This document shows, one piece after another, positions 9,834 to 18,600 of a stretch of DNA of 64,000 bases (positions are counted from its first letter, which is position 1; every line of letters begins with the position of its first letter). This stretch comes from Gammaproteobacteria bacterium (lineage in GTDB: Bacteria; Pseudomonadota; Gammaproteobacteria; Eutrophobiales; Eutrophobiaceae). Both the position numbers and the translations under genes were made by a program. The notes beneath the pieces were generated by a model. It did not search any database and was not told the origin of the DNA. It saw only the letters and a list, made by a program, of their open reading frames with translations. The stretch is from positions 1,248,001 to 1,312,000 of the forward strand of contig OZ220696.1 of assembly GCA_965116495.1 (NCBI GenBank), in the 5' to 3' direction.

Positions 9834-10838
9834 CTACTCCGGGGGAAAACTCAACATTTCGAATGGGGAGAATCCCTCCCCGGTATCGGCATTGAGCGCC
9901 AAGTGTACCGGCCCGGTGCCACTTCGAGCATTGGAGGAGATCTCGGCATCGCAGTATCCCTGCATGCCATGGCCTTCCACCTCACACATCATCTCCACCA
10001 TCACAACAGTACCGCGCTGGAACAGCACTCCGGCCATAGCAGTCAGTTCTAGGTAAATTTTCTCTCCACCTTCAAGGGTCAGGCGGATCTCACCCCCGCG
10101 GTGGGTCAACCCATCCGGTTCCATATAGGCAATCACGTCTATCCCGGTTGCTCTCGACAGCCGGTTATCACGCACAACATAACCTACACGAACCAGCTTG
10201 CCCGTGGGCGCCTGCGCAGTGATGGCCGCGAATGAGAAGGCTTCACCCATAGTGCCGGTGAACCAGCGATGGTTTAGCATGCCCCGTTCCCAGTCACGGG
10301 TTCCCCAGCTATGATCTCTGTAACCCAGACCTTTTATCGGGATTAATTGCCCCTGGTATCTGACCTCACCAGTGACCTGTCCTGCCACTTCAAAATGGTG
10401 GGGGAAGCGCCTGGCAGCCAATTCGTCGCCTGGCGGGAAAGGGTCCACGAGGTCAAAGAAATTACGGCATGACAGTCGGGCAATCAGGTCGCCATCGTTA
10501 ATCAACCAGATGGACGCATCATCCTCATACTGGCAGCGGAGTCGTTCGCCGGCGCCGAACCCGTTGGCAAATTCGTCTCCTGCGGCCAAGCGCATATCGG
10601 TGCAGCAACGATACTGCCAACCGGTTTTGCTGAACAGGTAACTCCATATGACCGCGCGACCGCCCTGGTTATTGGGTTCGTGGCCGACCCGGTGCCATCC
10701 GCCGATTCCGTGATCGCGGTCATACCAGTGCAACAAGGCACTTTCCTGCCATATGGACTCCTCTCCCGCCAGGTGGCGAAGTTCATCGCGCACAGTGAAT
10801 GGAGAGTGTGTGAGAGGGGCAGCATTGGTCATTGGCAT
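9834..10838 (-). CDS. uncharacterised GYRDHS-motif protein, paralog 2
   Basis: WQES, HFEVAG, GYRDHSWGTR, GYCDAE. Confidence 0.75.
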   Translation of the reverse strand: MPMTNAAPLTHSPFTVRDELRHLAGEESIWQESALLHWYDRDHGIGGWHRVGHEPNNQGGRAVIWSYLFSKTGWQYRCCTDMRLAAGDEFANGFGAGERLRCQYEDDASIWLINDGDLIARLSCRNFFDLVDPFPPGDELAARRFPHHFEVAGQVTGEVRYQGQLIPIKGLGYRDHSWGTRDWERGMLNHRWFTGTMGEAFSFAAITAQAPTGKLVRVGYVVRDNRLSRATGIDVIAYMEPDGLTHRGGEIRLTLEGGEKIYLELTAMAGVLFQRGTVVMVEMMCEVEGHGMQGYCDAEISSNARSGTGPVHLALNADTGEGFSPFEMLSFPPE

Positions 10839-10875
10839 TCTCCCTGGGTTGTGGCAGCATAGCCACCAGGTTTAA

Positions 10876-10893
10876 ATATAACATATGCTATAG
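10876..10893. promoter_or_regulatory. palindromic operator copy (ATATAACATATGCTATAG)
   Basis: 16/18 match in the 70-bp divergent intergenic region. Confidence 0.8.
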
Positions 10894-10908
10894 AAAGGGG
10901 AATATATC

Positions 10909-12420
10909 ATGCGGGACGTTTCTGCATTATTGCTGCGTGCAATCAGCGATCAACTGAGGGACAGGATTATTCCGGACCTCACGGCTGCCGACGCCATAGA
11001 ACGAGCCACCCTTTCGACCCAGGTCCTTGAGTTACTGGCGTCTGATATCGATACACTGGCTGATGTAGCCGAGGTCCACACCCCTGAGTTTCGGAAAACG
11101 ATTAAAACGGTACTTGGAACCCTGCCACGGGAGGTGTTTACGGAACTTCTGGAGAACTGGCTCAGCCGTCTTGACGCAATTGCACCTGAGACAGGCCTTG
11201 CCTGCCAACGGGAAATTCGCACCTTGCGCGATCTTTCCGCACATCTTCTGCGAGCCTGCGCCGATCGATGCGATGAACTACCAGAGGGTGATACGCATAG
11301 CACGATATCAACCGTGGCGGCAACCCTGGGGGCGCAGGACCGGCGCTTGCTGGATGCTGTTGCCGCGGCCGGTTCCGTGCGGGAAGAAAAGCGGCAGGAC
11401 GTCAATGGCGGCCAGGACAAGGACTCTGCCGCACCGGCCGGTATCGAGTTAAGCCCCGAATCCGTTACGGGGTATCTCCGTCAACGTTACCCGGACTCTC
11501 CTGCCGTTAAGGCTACCGGTGTCGTAGCAATTCCCGGCGGCAGGTCGAAAAAAACCTGGATCATTTCCATTGAAAATACGGATGCCCTTCCGCGAGAAGT
11601 GGTCATGCGCCAGGATTATCAATTGCATTACGAGGGAACCAAGGTTCGGAATGAATATGAGCCGCTGGCGACATTCTCGGGACTTGGACTGCCAGTGCCG
11701 GCGCCACTGCTGTTGGAAACCGAAGAGACCAGCCTGGGACAGCCCTTTATGTTGATGGAAAAGCGCGCAGGCGTGCCGCCAGGCACCTATTTCGGCTTAC
11801 GCGATAAATGTCCCGGCGCATTCGCCGACCTCGCCAATACCCTGGCCTGTATTCATCAGGCTGATCCGGATGGATTGGGGTTTACTCCCGACGGGGACCC
11901 GGAACAAGGCCTCATGCGCCTCATCGGCAGCTACCAGGAAAAATGGCGAAAATATTCCAATAAACCGTCGCCGATCATCGACTTCGCCTGTTGCTGGGCA
12001 AAACAAGTGTGCCGCCAGGACCCGGGAACGGTTGCGGTTGTGCATGGTGATGTCGGGCCTCACAATATGCTGGTGGCAAATGACCGGCTCACTGCGCTGC
12101 TGGACTGGGAGTTCTCCCACCTGGGTGATCCCGCGGAAGACCTGGGGATAGCGAGGGTCTATGCCGAAGATGTTATGGCCTGGGAGGAATTCATCCACCT
12201 GTACAGGGAAGCCGGCGGCCCGCCTGTGCCGGCGCGGCGAATTGAACTGGCGATGGTTCTGCATTTTTTGAAAGGCGCCAGTCTTGTGGCCGTGTCGAGC
12301 CGTAATTTCGAGGAAGGCTGGACCAGTGAGTTCATTAAGGGAGCCACGTCATTTGCCGGTTTGAGACAGATTGAACTTGTAATCGGATCCTTACTGCACC
12401 GCTTTAATGCAATCCCATGA
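10909..12420 (+). CDS. APH/choline-kinase-family phosphotransferase with helical N-terminal extension (LvaA/ACAD10-like), paralog 1
   Basis: IPGGRSK, VHGDVGPHN, LLDWEFSHLGDPAEDL. Confidence 0.88.
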   Translation: MRDVSALLLRAISDQLRDRIIPDLTAADAIERATLSTQVLELLASDIDTLADVAEVHTPEFRKTIKTVLGTLPREVFTELLENWLSRLDAIAPETGLACQREIRTLRDLSAHLLRACADRCDELPEGDTHSTISTVAATLGAQDRRLLDAVAAAGSVREEKRQDVNGGQDKDSAAPAGIELSPESVTGYLRQRYPDSPAVKATGVVAIPGGRSKKTWIISIENTDALPREVVMRQDYQLHYEGTKVRNEYEPLATFSGLGLPVPAPLLLETEETSLGQPFMLMEKRAGVPPGTYFGLRDKCPGAFADLANTLACIHQADPDGLGFTPDGDPEQGLMRLIGSYQEKWRKYSNKPSPIIDFACCWAKQVCRQDPGTVAVVHGDVGPHNMLVANDRLTALLDWEFSHLGDPAEDLGIARVYAEDVMAWEEFIHLYREAGGPPVPARRIELAMVLHFLKGASLVAVSSRNFEEGWTSEFIKGATSFAGLRQIELVIGSLLHRFNAIP

Positions 12421-12463
12421 ACCAGGAGGCCGCTGCTGGGAAATACTTTGATTGATTCCGGTA

Positions 12464-13696
12464 TCAGGCGTTTACCAAAACTGCCTTCTTTATATTGGCC
12501 TTGCTGTCCGCCAGGATAGCGACGTCGACCTGTGAACCGGACTTGATCACATTCTGCGTCATGCGCATGAGTTTCGGCTGATTGACACCCAGCACCCCGA
12601 CTACAACACCTTTTCGCAGGTAAAATATCATAAAGTTACCGGAGTCCATATCTCCCCGTATGACTTCCTGTTCCCCGGAGATGACCCCCGCCAACTGTAG
12701 CTTGAAATTATACTGATCGGTCCACAGAGACTGTATGCCGGTATACGTTTTTTTTTCACCAATCATATTCAAGGCAGCGCATTCGGCCTGCTTCTGGGCA
12801 TGCATCCAGTTTTCACTACGCATGATCCTGCCCTCCCAGGCATCCGGGTAACAGGCGACATCGCCGATGGCGAATATATCTTCGGCGCTGGTCCGGCAAT
12901 ATTCATCCACGATCACACCGTTATCGCATTCAATGCCGCATTCCTGGGCCAGCCGGGTAGCCGGCGCAACCCCCACGCAAATCAGCATCAGGTCTGCAGG
13001 CAGGCTCACTCCACTGGACAGTTGAAGGCGGGGACCCGCATTCTGATCCTGAATCCCGGCAACCGAATCTTCCATGAAAAACTTCACGCCCCGGTTCTCA
13101 TGTTGTTCCTGCAACCATGCCGAGATATGTTCCGGCACCGACCGGGCCATGACGCGGTCTGCGACCTCGATGACGGAAACCTCACTGCCGCATTGTCGCG
13201 CGCTGGCTGCCACTTCAAGGCCAATGACCCCGGCGCCTATCAACACCAAACGCTTGCCGGAGCCGAGTCCGGCTTTCAATGCAAGGGCATCCTGGTAACT
13301 GCGCAGGTAATGGTAAGGTATCCTGTCCTGCTCCAGTTCGGGTATTCGGCGCACGTCCGCACCGGTCGCCAGCAGGAGCTTATCGTATGCGAGGGCAGAT
13401 CCATCTTCCAATACGAGTCGACGGGTACCTGGTTCAATACTCACAACCTGAGCGCCGGAAAGCAGCTCCAGGTTGTTTTCTTCATACCAGGTATCCGGCT
13501 TGAGATAGATGTCAGCCAAGGCATCGGCGCCCTGGAGAACGCTTTTAGAAAGTGGCGGGCGATCATAGGGTAATTCAGTCTCACCATTTATCAGAATTAT
13601 GCGTCCGCTGTATCCCGCCTGCCTGAGCGCCCCTGCCGCCGCGACTCCGCCAAGCCCCGCACCGATAATTATTATGGTTTCCGGCTGATCCACCAA
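12464..13696 (-). CDS. FAD-dependent ferredoxin reductase (oxygenase-coupled, BphA4/putidaredoxin reductase type)
   Basis: GAGLGG, PYDRPPLSK, GAGVIGLEVA, TSAEDIFAIGD, WTDQY. Confidence 0.93.
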   Translation of the reverse strand: MVDQPETIIIIGAGLGGVAAAGALRQAGYSGRIILINGETELPYDRPPLSKSVLQGADALADIYLKPDTWYEENNLELLSGAQVVSIEPGTRRLVLEDGSALAYDKLLLATGADVRRIPELEQDRIPYHYLRSYQDALALKAGLGSGKRLVLIGAGVIGLEVAASARQCGSEVSVIEVADRVMARSVPEHISAWLQEQHENRGVKFFMEDSVAGIQDQNAGPRLQLSSGVSLPADLMLICVGVAPATRLAQECGIECDNGVIVDEYCRTSAEDIFAIGDVACYPDAWEGRIMRSENWMHAQKQAECAALNMIGEKKTYTGIQSLWTDQYNFKLQLAGVISGEQEVIRGDMDSGNFMIFYLRKGVVVGVLGVNQPKLMRMTQNVIKSGSQVDVAILADSKANIKKAVLVNA

Positions 13697-13710
13697 CGTA
13701 TTCCAGCTCC

Positions 13711-14733
13711 TTAGATTTCTTCTATGGCCTTGACAATGTCATACTGAATTTCATTATCAACCAGCTCAAGATTACATTGAATGGTGTCAATAAAATCACC
13801 AAAGCGTTGTTTGACTACCGGCGCAATGTCTTTTGGTTCACCCCTGACCGTGAAGGTATCCATCATTTCATCAGTAATGGGCTTCCACAAGTCGTCCCAT
13901 TTCCCTTCCTTGGTCATTTTCCTGCATTCCGGATGGATGTCGCTCCAGCCGTGCATATCGAGTACGACCTTGTAAGCCGGCGTAGAGGCATAAAAACCGA
14001 GGCGTTGGCGATGCCAGTCATCGTTAAACTTAAACTCATCCTCATTACTGCCGGTGACGATGTAAAGAGGCACCTGTATTTCAAATTCCGAGCGCGGTTT
14101 ATTGTTCTTTTTCAGTCTTTCCCGTATTGCCGCATAGTTGATTTCCCGCAGGGTTTTTTCAGACACAAAAGAATGGGTCATCAGGCCATCTGCTACATCC
14201 ACGGCAGCCCTGGTCATGCCCGGTCCCACGGCGCCAAGCATTACTTTGGGCCGCCCAAAACCACCAATCCACGGTTTAAATTCCGGGGTAATTAACGTGT
14301 GTCGATACGTCTCCCCGATAAAATTCAAGGGATCGTCACTCTCGAATGAGTCCCAGATAGCGTGTAAGGCATTTACATATTCCCGCATTTGACTCGCCGG
14401 TTTATCGCTCCATGGCATACCAAAGCGGCGGGAGATATGAGGTTTTATCTGGGAACCCAGACCTAAAGTAAAGCGCCCTTCGCAATACTGATTCAATGAA
14501 TACGACTCCATAGCCATTACCATCGGCGGTTTTGAAAAAGCCACGGCAATGGCAGTCGCAAATTCGGCCTCTTTATCATGGCTTGCGCACAGCAATGGAA
14601 GGAAAAACGGATTTGTTTTGTTTTCGAAACCGAAGAATGATTTATATCCCAGTTTTCTTTTGTGTAAAAAATCGGGCAACACATTGTTCAGATTGCCGGA
14701 GTGATTACTACGCAGCCTTTGTATCACTTTCAT
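13711..14733 (-). CDS. LLM-class (probably F420-dependent, TIGR03617-like) oxidoreductase
   Basis: IAVAFSKPPM, GRFTLGLGSQIKPHISRRFGMPWS, FYASTPAY. Confidence 0.85.
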   Translation of the reverse strand: MKVIQRLRSNHSGNLNNVLPDFLHKRKLGYKSFFGFENKTNPFFLPLLCASHDKEAEFATAIAVAFSKPPMVMAMESYSLNQYCEGRFTLGLGSQIKPHISRRFGMPWSDKPASQMREYVNALHAIWDSFESDDPLNFIGETYRHTLITPEFKPWIGGFGRPKVMLGAVGPGMTRAAVDVADGLMTHSFVSEKTLREINYAAIRERLKKNNKPRSEFEIQVPLYIVTGSNEDEFKFNDDWHRQRLGFYASTPAYKVVLDMHGWSDIHPECRKMTKEGKWDDLWKPITDEMMDTFTVRGEPKDIAPVVKQRFGDFIDTIQCNLELVDNEIQYDIVKAIEEI

Positions 14734-14764
14734 ACTCTCTACCTCGCTGTATCTGTTGACTCAT

Positions 14765-15520
14765 TTATGCCGGCGAAGACGCCACAAGTATTCCGTTCAG
14801 CGCTCGTTTTAAATGTTGGAGGTCATCCGGCCCGGACAGGCGATGATCGCCGTTCTTAACCAGTTGCAAGACCACATCCCTACTTTCCAGTTTTTCCACC
14901 AGTTCCATGGAGCGCTGCCAGGGCACTTCCTGATCATCCAGCCCGTGCAATATTTGCACAGGAATATTGAGCGGAATAGCACGGTGTAATACATAGTGTC
15001 TTTTTGCTTCTTCAAAAAAGGATTTCCTCACCCGATAGGGTGCCCTGTCATCATAGTTATTGGGTATATCCAGCCACCCTTGCTCATCAAGCAATGCCTG
15101 TTGATGCCCGGGTAGGCGCCTTAACTGGAATCCCGTCATATCCGGGGCAGGCGCAATGCCCACTAATGCGGATATTTTCATCGGTCTGTTCTTCGCAGCC
15201 AGCAACATCAGCCAGCCACCCATGGAAGAGCCGACCAGGTGTTGCTCGCCTTCTGTAACCGCGTCGAGGATATCCAGCGTGTTTTGCAGCCAGAGTCCGA
15301 TCGTACCGTCCTCAACATTTCCGGATGATTGCCCGTGGCCATAGTAATCGAACCGGCAAAATTGGCGTCCCTGCTCCCGGCAATGTCGTTCGAGAAACAA
15401 GGCTTTATTACCCGACATCTCCGAATGAAAACCCGGGCAGAACACAACGCCGGGCGTTGTGCCTGGCGAGTGTTCATAAGCAAGGAAGTTATTATCCGGT
15501 TGATCCAGGAACAAGGGCAT
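14765..15520 (-). CDS. alpha/beta hydrolase (ABHD10-like)
   Basis: RFDYYGHGQS, nucleophile GSSMGG, HGLDD, GDHRLS. Confidence 0.9.
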   Translation of the reverse strand: MPLFLDQPDNNFLAYEHSPGTTPGVVFCPGFHSEMSGNKALFLERHCREQGRQFCRFDYYGHGQSSGNVEDGTIGLWLQNTLDILDAVTEGEQHLVGSSMGGWLMLLAAKNRPMKISALVGIAPAPDMTGFQLRRLPGHQQALLDEQGWLDIPNNYDDRAPYRVRKSFFEEAKRHYVLHRAIPLNIPVQILHGLDDQEVPWQRSMELVEKLESRDVVLQLVKNGDHRLSGPDDLQHLKRALNGILVASSPA

Positions 15521-15680
15521 GACAGGGTTTAACGCGCAGTGTCCCCGCCTGGTCAGGCGACGGTAACGCCTGGTTCCGTGCTTCGGGCATTTCCATATCG
15601 TAAGGGGGATTGACGAGATTGAAATTCGGGGTCATGGGTTTTGCTCCTCGATCACATGACCACGGGTTACGAGTACAGGT

Positions 15681-16493
15681 TCATACAGAATTGAAGTTCG
15701 CCTTCCGCTTTTCCAGGAATGCAGTTACACCCTCGACAAAGTCGGGATGTGCCGCGCAGTCACTGAATTTTTCGACTTCCAACTGCAGTTGCTCCGCCAG
15801 GACATTATGGAAAGACTGGCCAAACAGTGACTTGATGTTACGGACAGCCGATGCAGGCAGGGCAACAATACGGGCAACCAGCGACTCGACTTCGGCATCC
15901 AGTTGTTCCGGAGTAACCAGGGTATTGACGAGGCCCCACTCGTAGGCCTCCCGGGCCGATACCTTCCTGCCCAGCATCGCCATTTCCAGCGCCCTGGCCG
16001 GACCAATCCTGCGCGGCAGCGCATAGCTGGTCGCGCCATCGGGACTGGTTGCGATATTCACGTGAGCGACCAGGAACAGCGCAGTCTCATCGGCAATAAC
16101 AAAATCACTGCTCGCGGCGAATCCCACGGCAGCGCCGGCACAGGCGCCCCGTACCCGCGTAATGACCGGTTGCGGCATGGTCAGCAGGTTCCTGAAGATA
16201 GGTATCGAAGCGGCAACCTTCTGTTGAAATACTTCACGCCGCTCGTCCGGCGACATTTCGAGGACCTGTCCAAAACCGGCAACATCACCACCCGCCATGA
16301 AATGGTCACCCGCCCCGGTCAACACCACACAGCGTATGCTGCCATCGGCGGCCACCCTGTCGAGAAATACCGCCATGTCCAGCACCATCTGCGAGGTGAT
16401 GGCATTCCTTGCCCCCGGCCGATTAAAGGTGATGCGCGCGACCGGCCCGTCGACGACGGTCAACAAGTCTGCATTCGGTCCCGATTTATCCAT
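15681..16493 (-). CDS. enoyl-CoA hydratase/isomerase (PaaG-like)
   Basis: FNRPGARNA, FMAGGD, SPDGAT, EGVTAFLEKRKANF. Confidence 0.9.
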   Translation of the reverse strand: MDKSGPNADLLTVVDGPVARITFNRPGARNAITSQMVLDMAVFLDRVAADGSIRCVVLTGAGDHFMAGGDVAGFGQVLEMSPDERREVFQQKVAASIPIFRNLLTMPQPVITRVRGACAGAAVGFAASSDFVIADETALFLVAHVNIATSPDGATSYALPRRIGPARALEMAMLGRKVSAREAYEWGLVNTLVTPEQLDAEVESLVARIVALPASAVRNIKSLFGQSFHNVLAEQLQLEVEKFSDCAAHPDFVEGVTAFLEKRKANFNSV

Positions 16494-16522
16494 GAACTCT
16501 CCCCAATAATTGTGCTTTATGA

Positions 16523-17308
16523 TTAACGGCCGCTGAACCGGGGTCGGCGCCTTTCCTTGAAACCGGCCACCGCTTCCAGCACATCCTCCGAAGCCAGGGA
16601 TATCTGCTCATAAGCCATTCCGATGGCAAATACCTCGTTCGCCCGGGCTTTGCTCAACTGATTGAGCGCCTTTTTGGTACCCTTGACGGCAAGCGGCGCC
16701 AGGGCGGCAATTTCCTCAGCCAGGGCCTTTGCCGCAGGCAATGCCTCCTCCGGCGTATCCACCAAGTCGGTTATCAGCCCAAACTCACAGGCTTCTTCCG
16801 CCGACAGCATCTTCCCGGTGAGAAGGTAGCGCTTGGCGCGATTCAACCCCATGGCCATGGGCCAGGTCAGGCAGCCGCCATCACCGGCGACCAGCCCCAC
16901 TTTCACATGGGTATCCGCCAGGTGCGCGGTCCTGCTTGCCACAATAATATCTGCGCACAAGGCCACGGACGCCCCAAGGCCGATGGCATCCCCCTGCAAT
17001 GCTGCGACAACAGGTACGGGAGTGTCGAGCAATGCCTCGATTAACCGTATGCCGACATCACACGTCTGCTCCCGCAATTGCGCATCCTCCTGAAGACGCA
17101 CAATCTGGTTGAGGTCACCACCCGCTGAGAATGCCCTTCCCTCGGCGGCCAAGAGTATCACGCGGACATCCGGGGAGTTGCGTACCTCCAGCAACGAATC
17201 GACCAGGGCGATATGCGTCGCTTCATCGATGGCATTGAGTGTGTCAGGGCGATTCAGGGTGATGGTCGCCACATGGTCATCAACGGAATACAGCAGCGGT
17301 TCGTTCAT
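16523..17308 (-). CDS. enoyl-CoA hydratase/isomerase family
   Basis: LNRPDTLNA, FSAGGD, VGLVAGDGG, FKERRRPRF. Confidence 0.9.
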   Translation of the reverse strand: MNEPLLYSVDDHVATITLNRPDTLNAIDEATHIALVDSLLEVRNSPDVRVILLAAEGRAFSAGGDLNQIVRLQEDAQLREQTCDVGIRLIEALLDTPVPVVAALQGDAIGLGASVALCADIIVASRTAHLADTHVKVGLVAGDGGCLTWPMAMGLNRAKRYLLTGKMLSAEEACEFGLITDLVDTPEEALPAAKALAEEIAALAPLAVKGTKKALNQLSKARANEVFAIGMAYEQISLASEDVLEAVAGFKERRRPRFSGR

Positions 17309-17386
17309 ATTAAACCTCGGAAACTATTAAACCAGGTACCATAAAAAATGCCCACGCAAGCACGGGCCGTCTTCGGTATGATTGTC

Positions 17387-18292
17387 TTACAGATCGTGGA
17401 ACATGTCCCGTTCATAATGAACCGGCGTCTGTGAGTTACGCACAATCCCATGAACAGGCTCATTCAGGCTTGCCGGGTCGTCAAGCGTCGCATCACAGCG
17501 CGCACCGTGACTTGTTCCCTGTAATACTGAATAACCATTCCCCCAGGCTTCAAAGTAACGTCCGGTAATATCTGCAGATTCCGTACTTGCCAACCAGGTA
17601 ACCAGGGAAGCAACGTAATCAGGGTTTCGACGGGCCAACTGCTCTTCCGTACGCTCAATCAAACCTTCGGTCAAACGGCTTTCTGCACGAGGCGCCAGGG
17701 CATTAACGGTGACACCCATGCGCTTGAGCTCCAGGGCAGCCACAACACTCAGGATAGCCACACCCCCCTTCGCGGCGGCATAGTTGGTCTGGCCGATATT
17801 GCCGAACAAACCGGTACCCGAAGTTGTATTAATAATGCGGGCGTCTAATTTCTCGCCGGTCTTCTTGTACTGGCGGCGCCAGTAGTTCACCGCGTGATAC
17901 ATTGGGGCAAAAGTGCCTTTGAGGTTCACTTCTACAACGGCATCAAAATTCTGTTCCGAGACGTTCCACAGCATGCTGTCCCGAAGGATGGCGGCATTGT
18001 TTACCAGTACGTCCAGGCGCCCATAGGTATCGATCGCCTGCTGTATCATGGCCCCGGCTTCATCCCACTTTGCTACGTTGGCTCCATTGGCAACGGCCTC
18101 ACCACCGGCGGAGGTAATTTCCTCGACTACCTCCTGCGCCGGCCCTTTATCCTGTCCTGTGCCGTCTTTCTCCCCACCCAGGTCGTTCACAACTACTTTT
18201 GCGCCATGCCTGGCAAGCATAAGCGCGTGCGCCCTGCCTACTCCTCTACCTGCACCGGTAACAACTGCAACTCTACCATCGCATAAACTCAT
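17387..18292 (-). CDS. SDR, 3-hydroxyacyl-CoA dehydrogenase-like (MFE-2 type)
   Basis: TGAGRGVG, VVVNDLG, NNAAILRD, GNIGQTNYAAAK; start chosen after GGAGAGG. Confidence 0.9.
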   Translation of the reverse strand: MSLCDGRVAVVTGAGRGVGRAHALMLARHGAKVVVNDLGGEKDGTGQDKGPAQEVVEEITSAGGEAVANGANVAKWDEAGAMIQQAIDTYGRLDVLVNNAAILRDSMLWNVSEQNFDAVVEVNLKGTFAPMYHAVNYWRRQYKKTGEKLDARIINTTSGTGLFGNIGQTNYAAAKGGVAILSVVAALELKRMGVTVNALAPRAESRLTEGLIERTEEQLARRNPDYVASLVTWLASTESADITGRYFEAWGNGYSVLQGTSHGARCDATLDDPASLNEPVHGIVRNSQTPVHYERDMFHDL

Positions 18293-18455
18293 TAATCTTC
18301 TCCTCTCCTGTGTCATCAGGAATCATGGCTCTTTTAACTTCAACGTAACAAGGTGCAGTGACAGCCATACCAGCGCATGCGGCTCGGGCCATATTTAAGC
18401 CGGTATGCCACCTGACAGGCGAGAGATGCAATCCTGTCCGGGCCTTGTTTTGTTA

Positions 18456-18473
18456 ATATAGCATATGCTATAA
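18456..18473. promoter_or_regulatory. palindromic operator copy (ATATAGCATATGCTATAA) overlapping an extended -10 TGCTATAAT
   Basis: 17/18 match between the divergent SDR and TonB receptor. Confidence 0.85.
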
Positions 18474-18600
18474 TTATTGCGATAGTTAAGCAATCGTCTG
18501 GATAATACCAAACTTATTGCTGTATCAAATACCCAGGGGTACACAAGACGTTTAACGACAATGCATGGTTAATATATACAAAAGCAAATTGGGGGTTTAC

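Noticed and set aside
10909-12420. Aminoglycoside-resistance interpretation of the APH-family genes
   Set aside because: Motifs (DWEF.H.G.P..DL), length and CoA-catabolic context match the ACAD10/LvaA-like branch.
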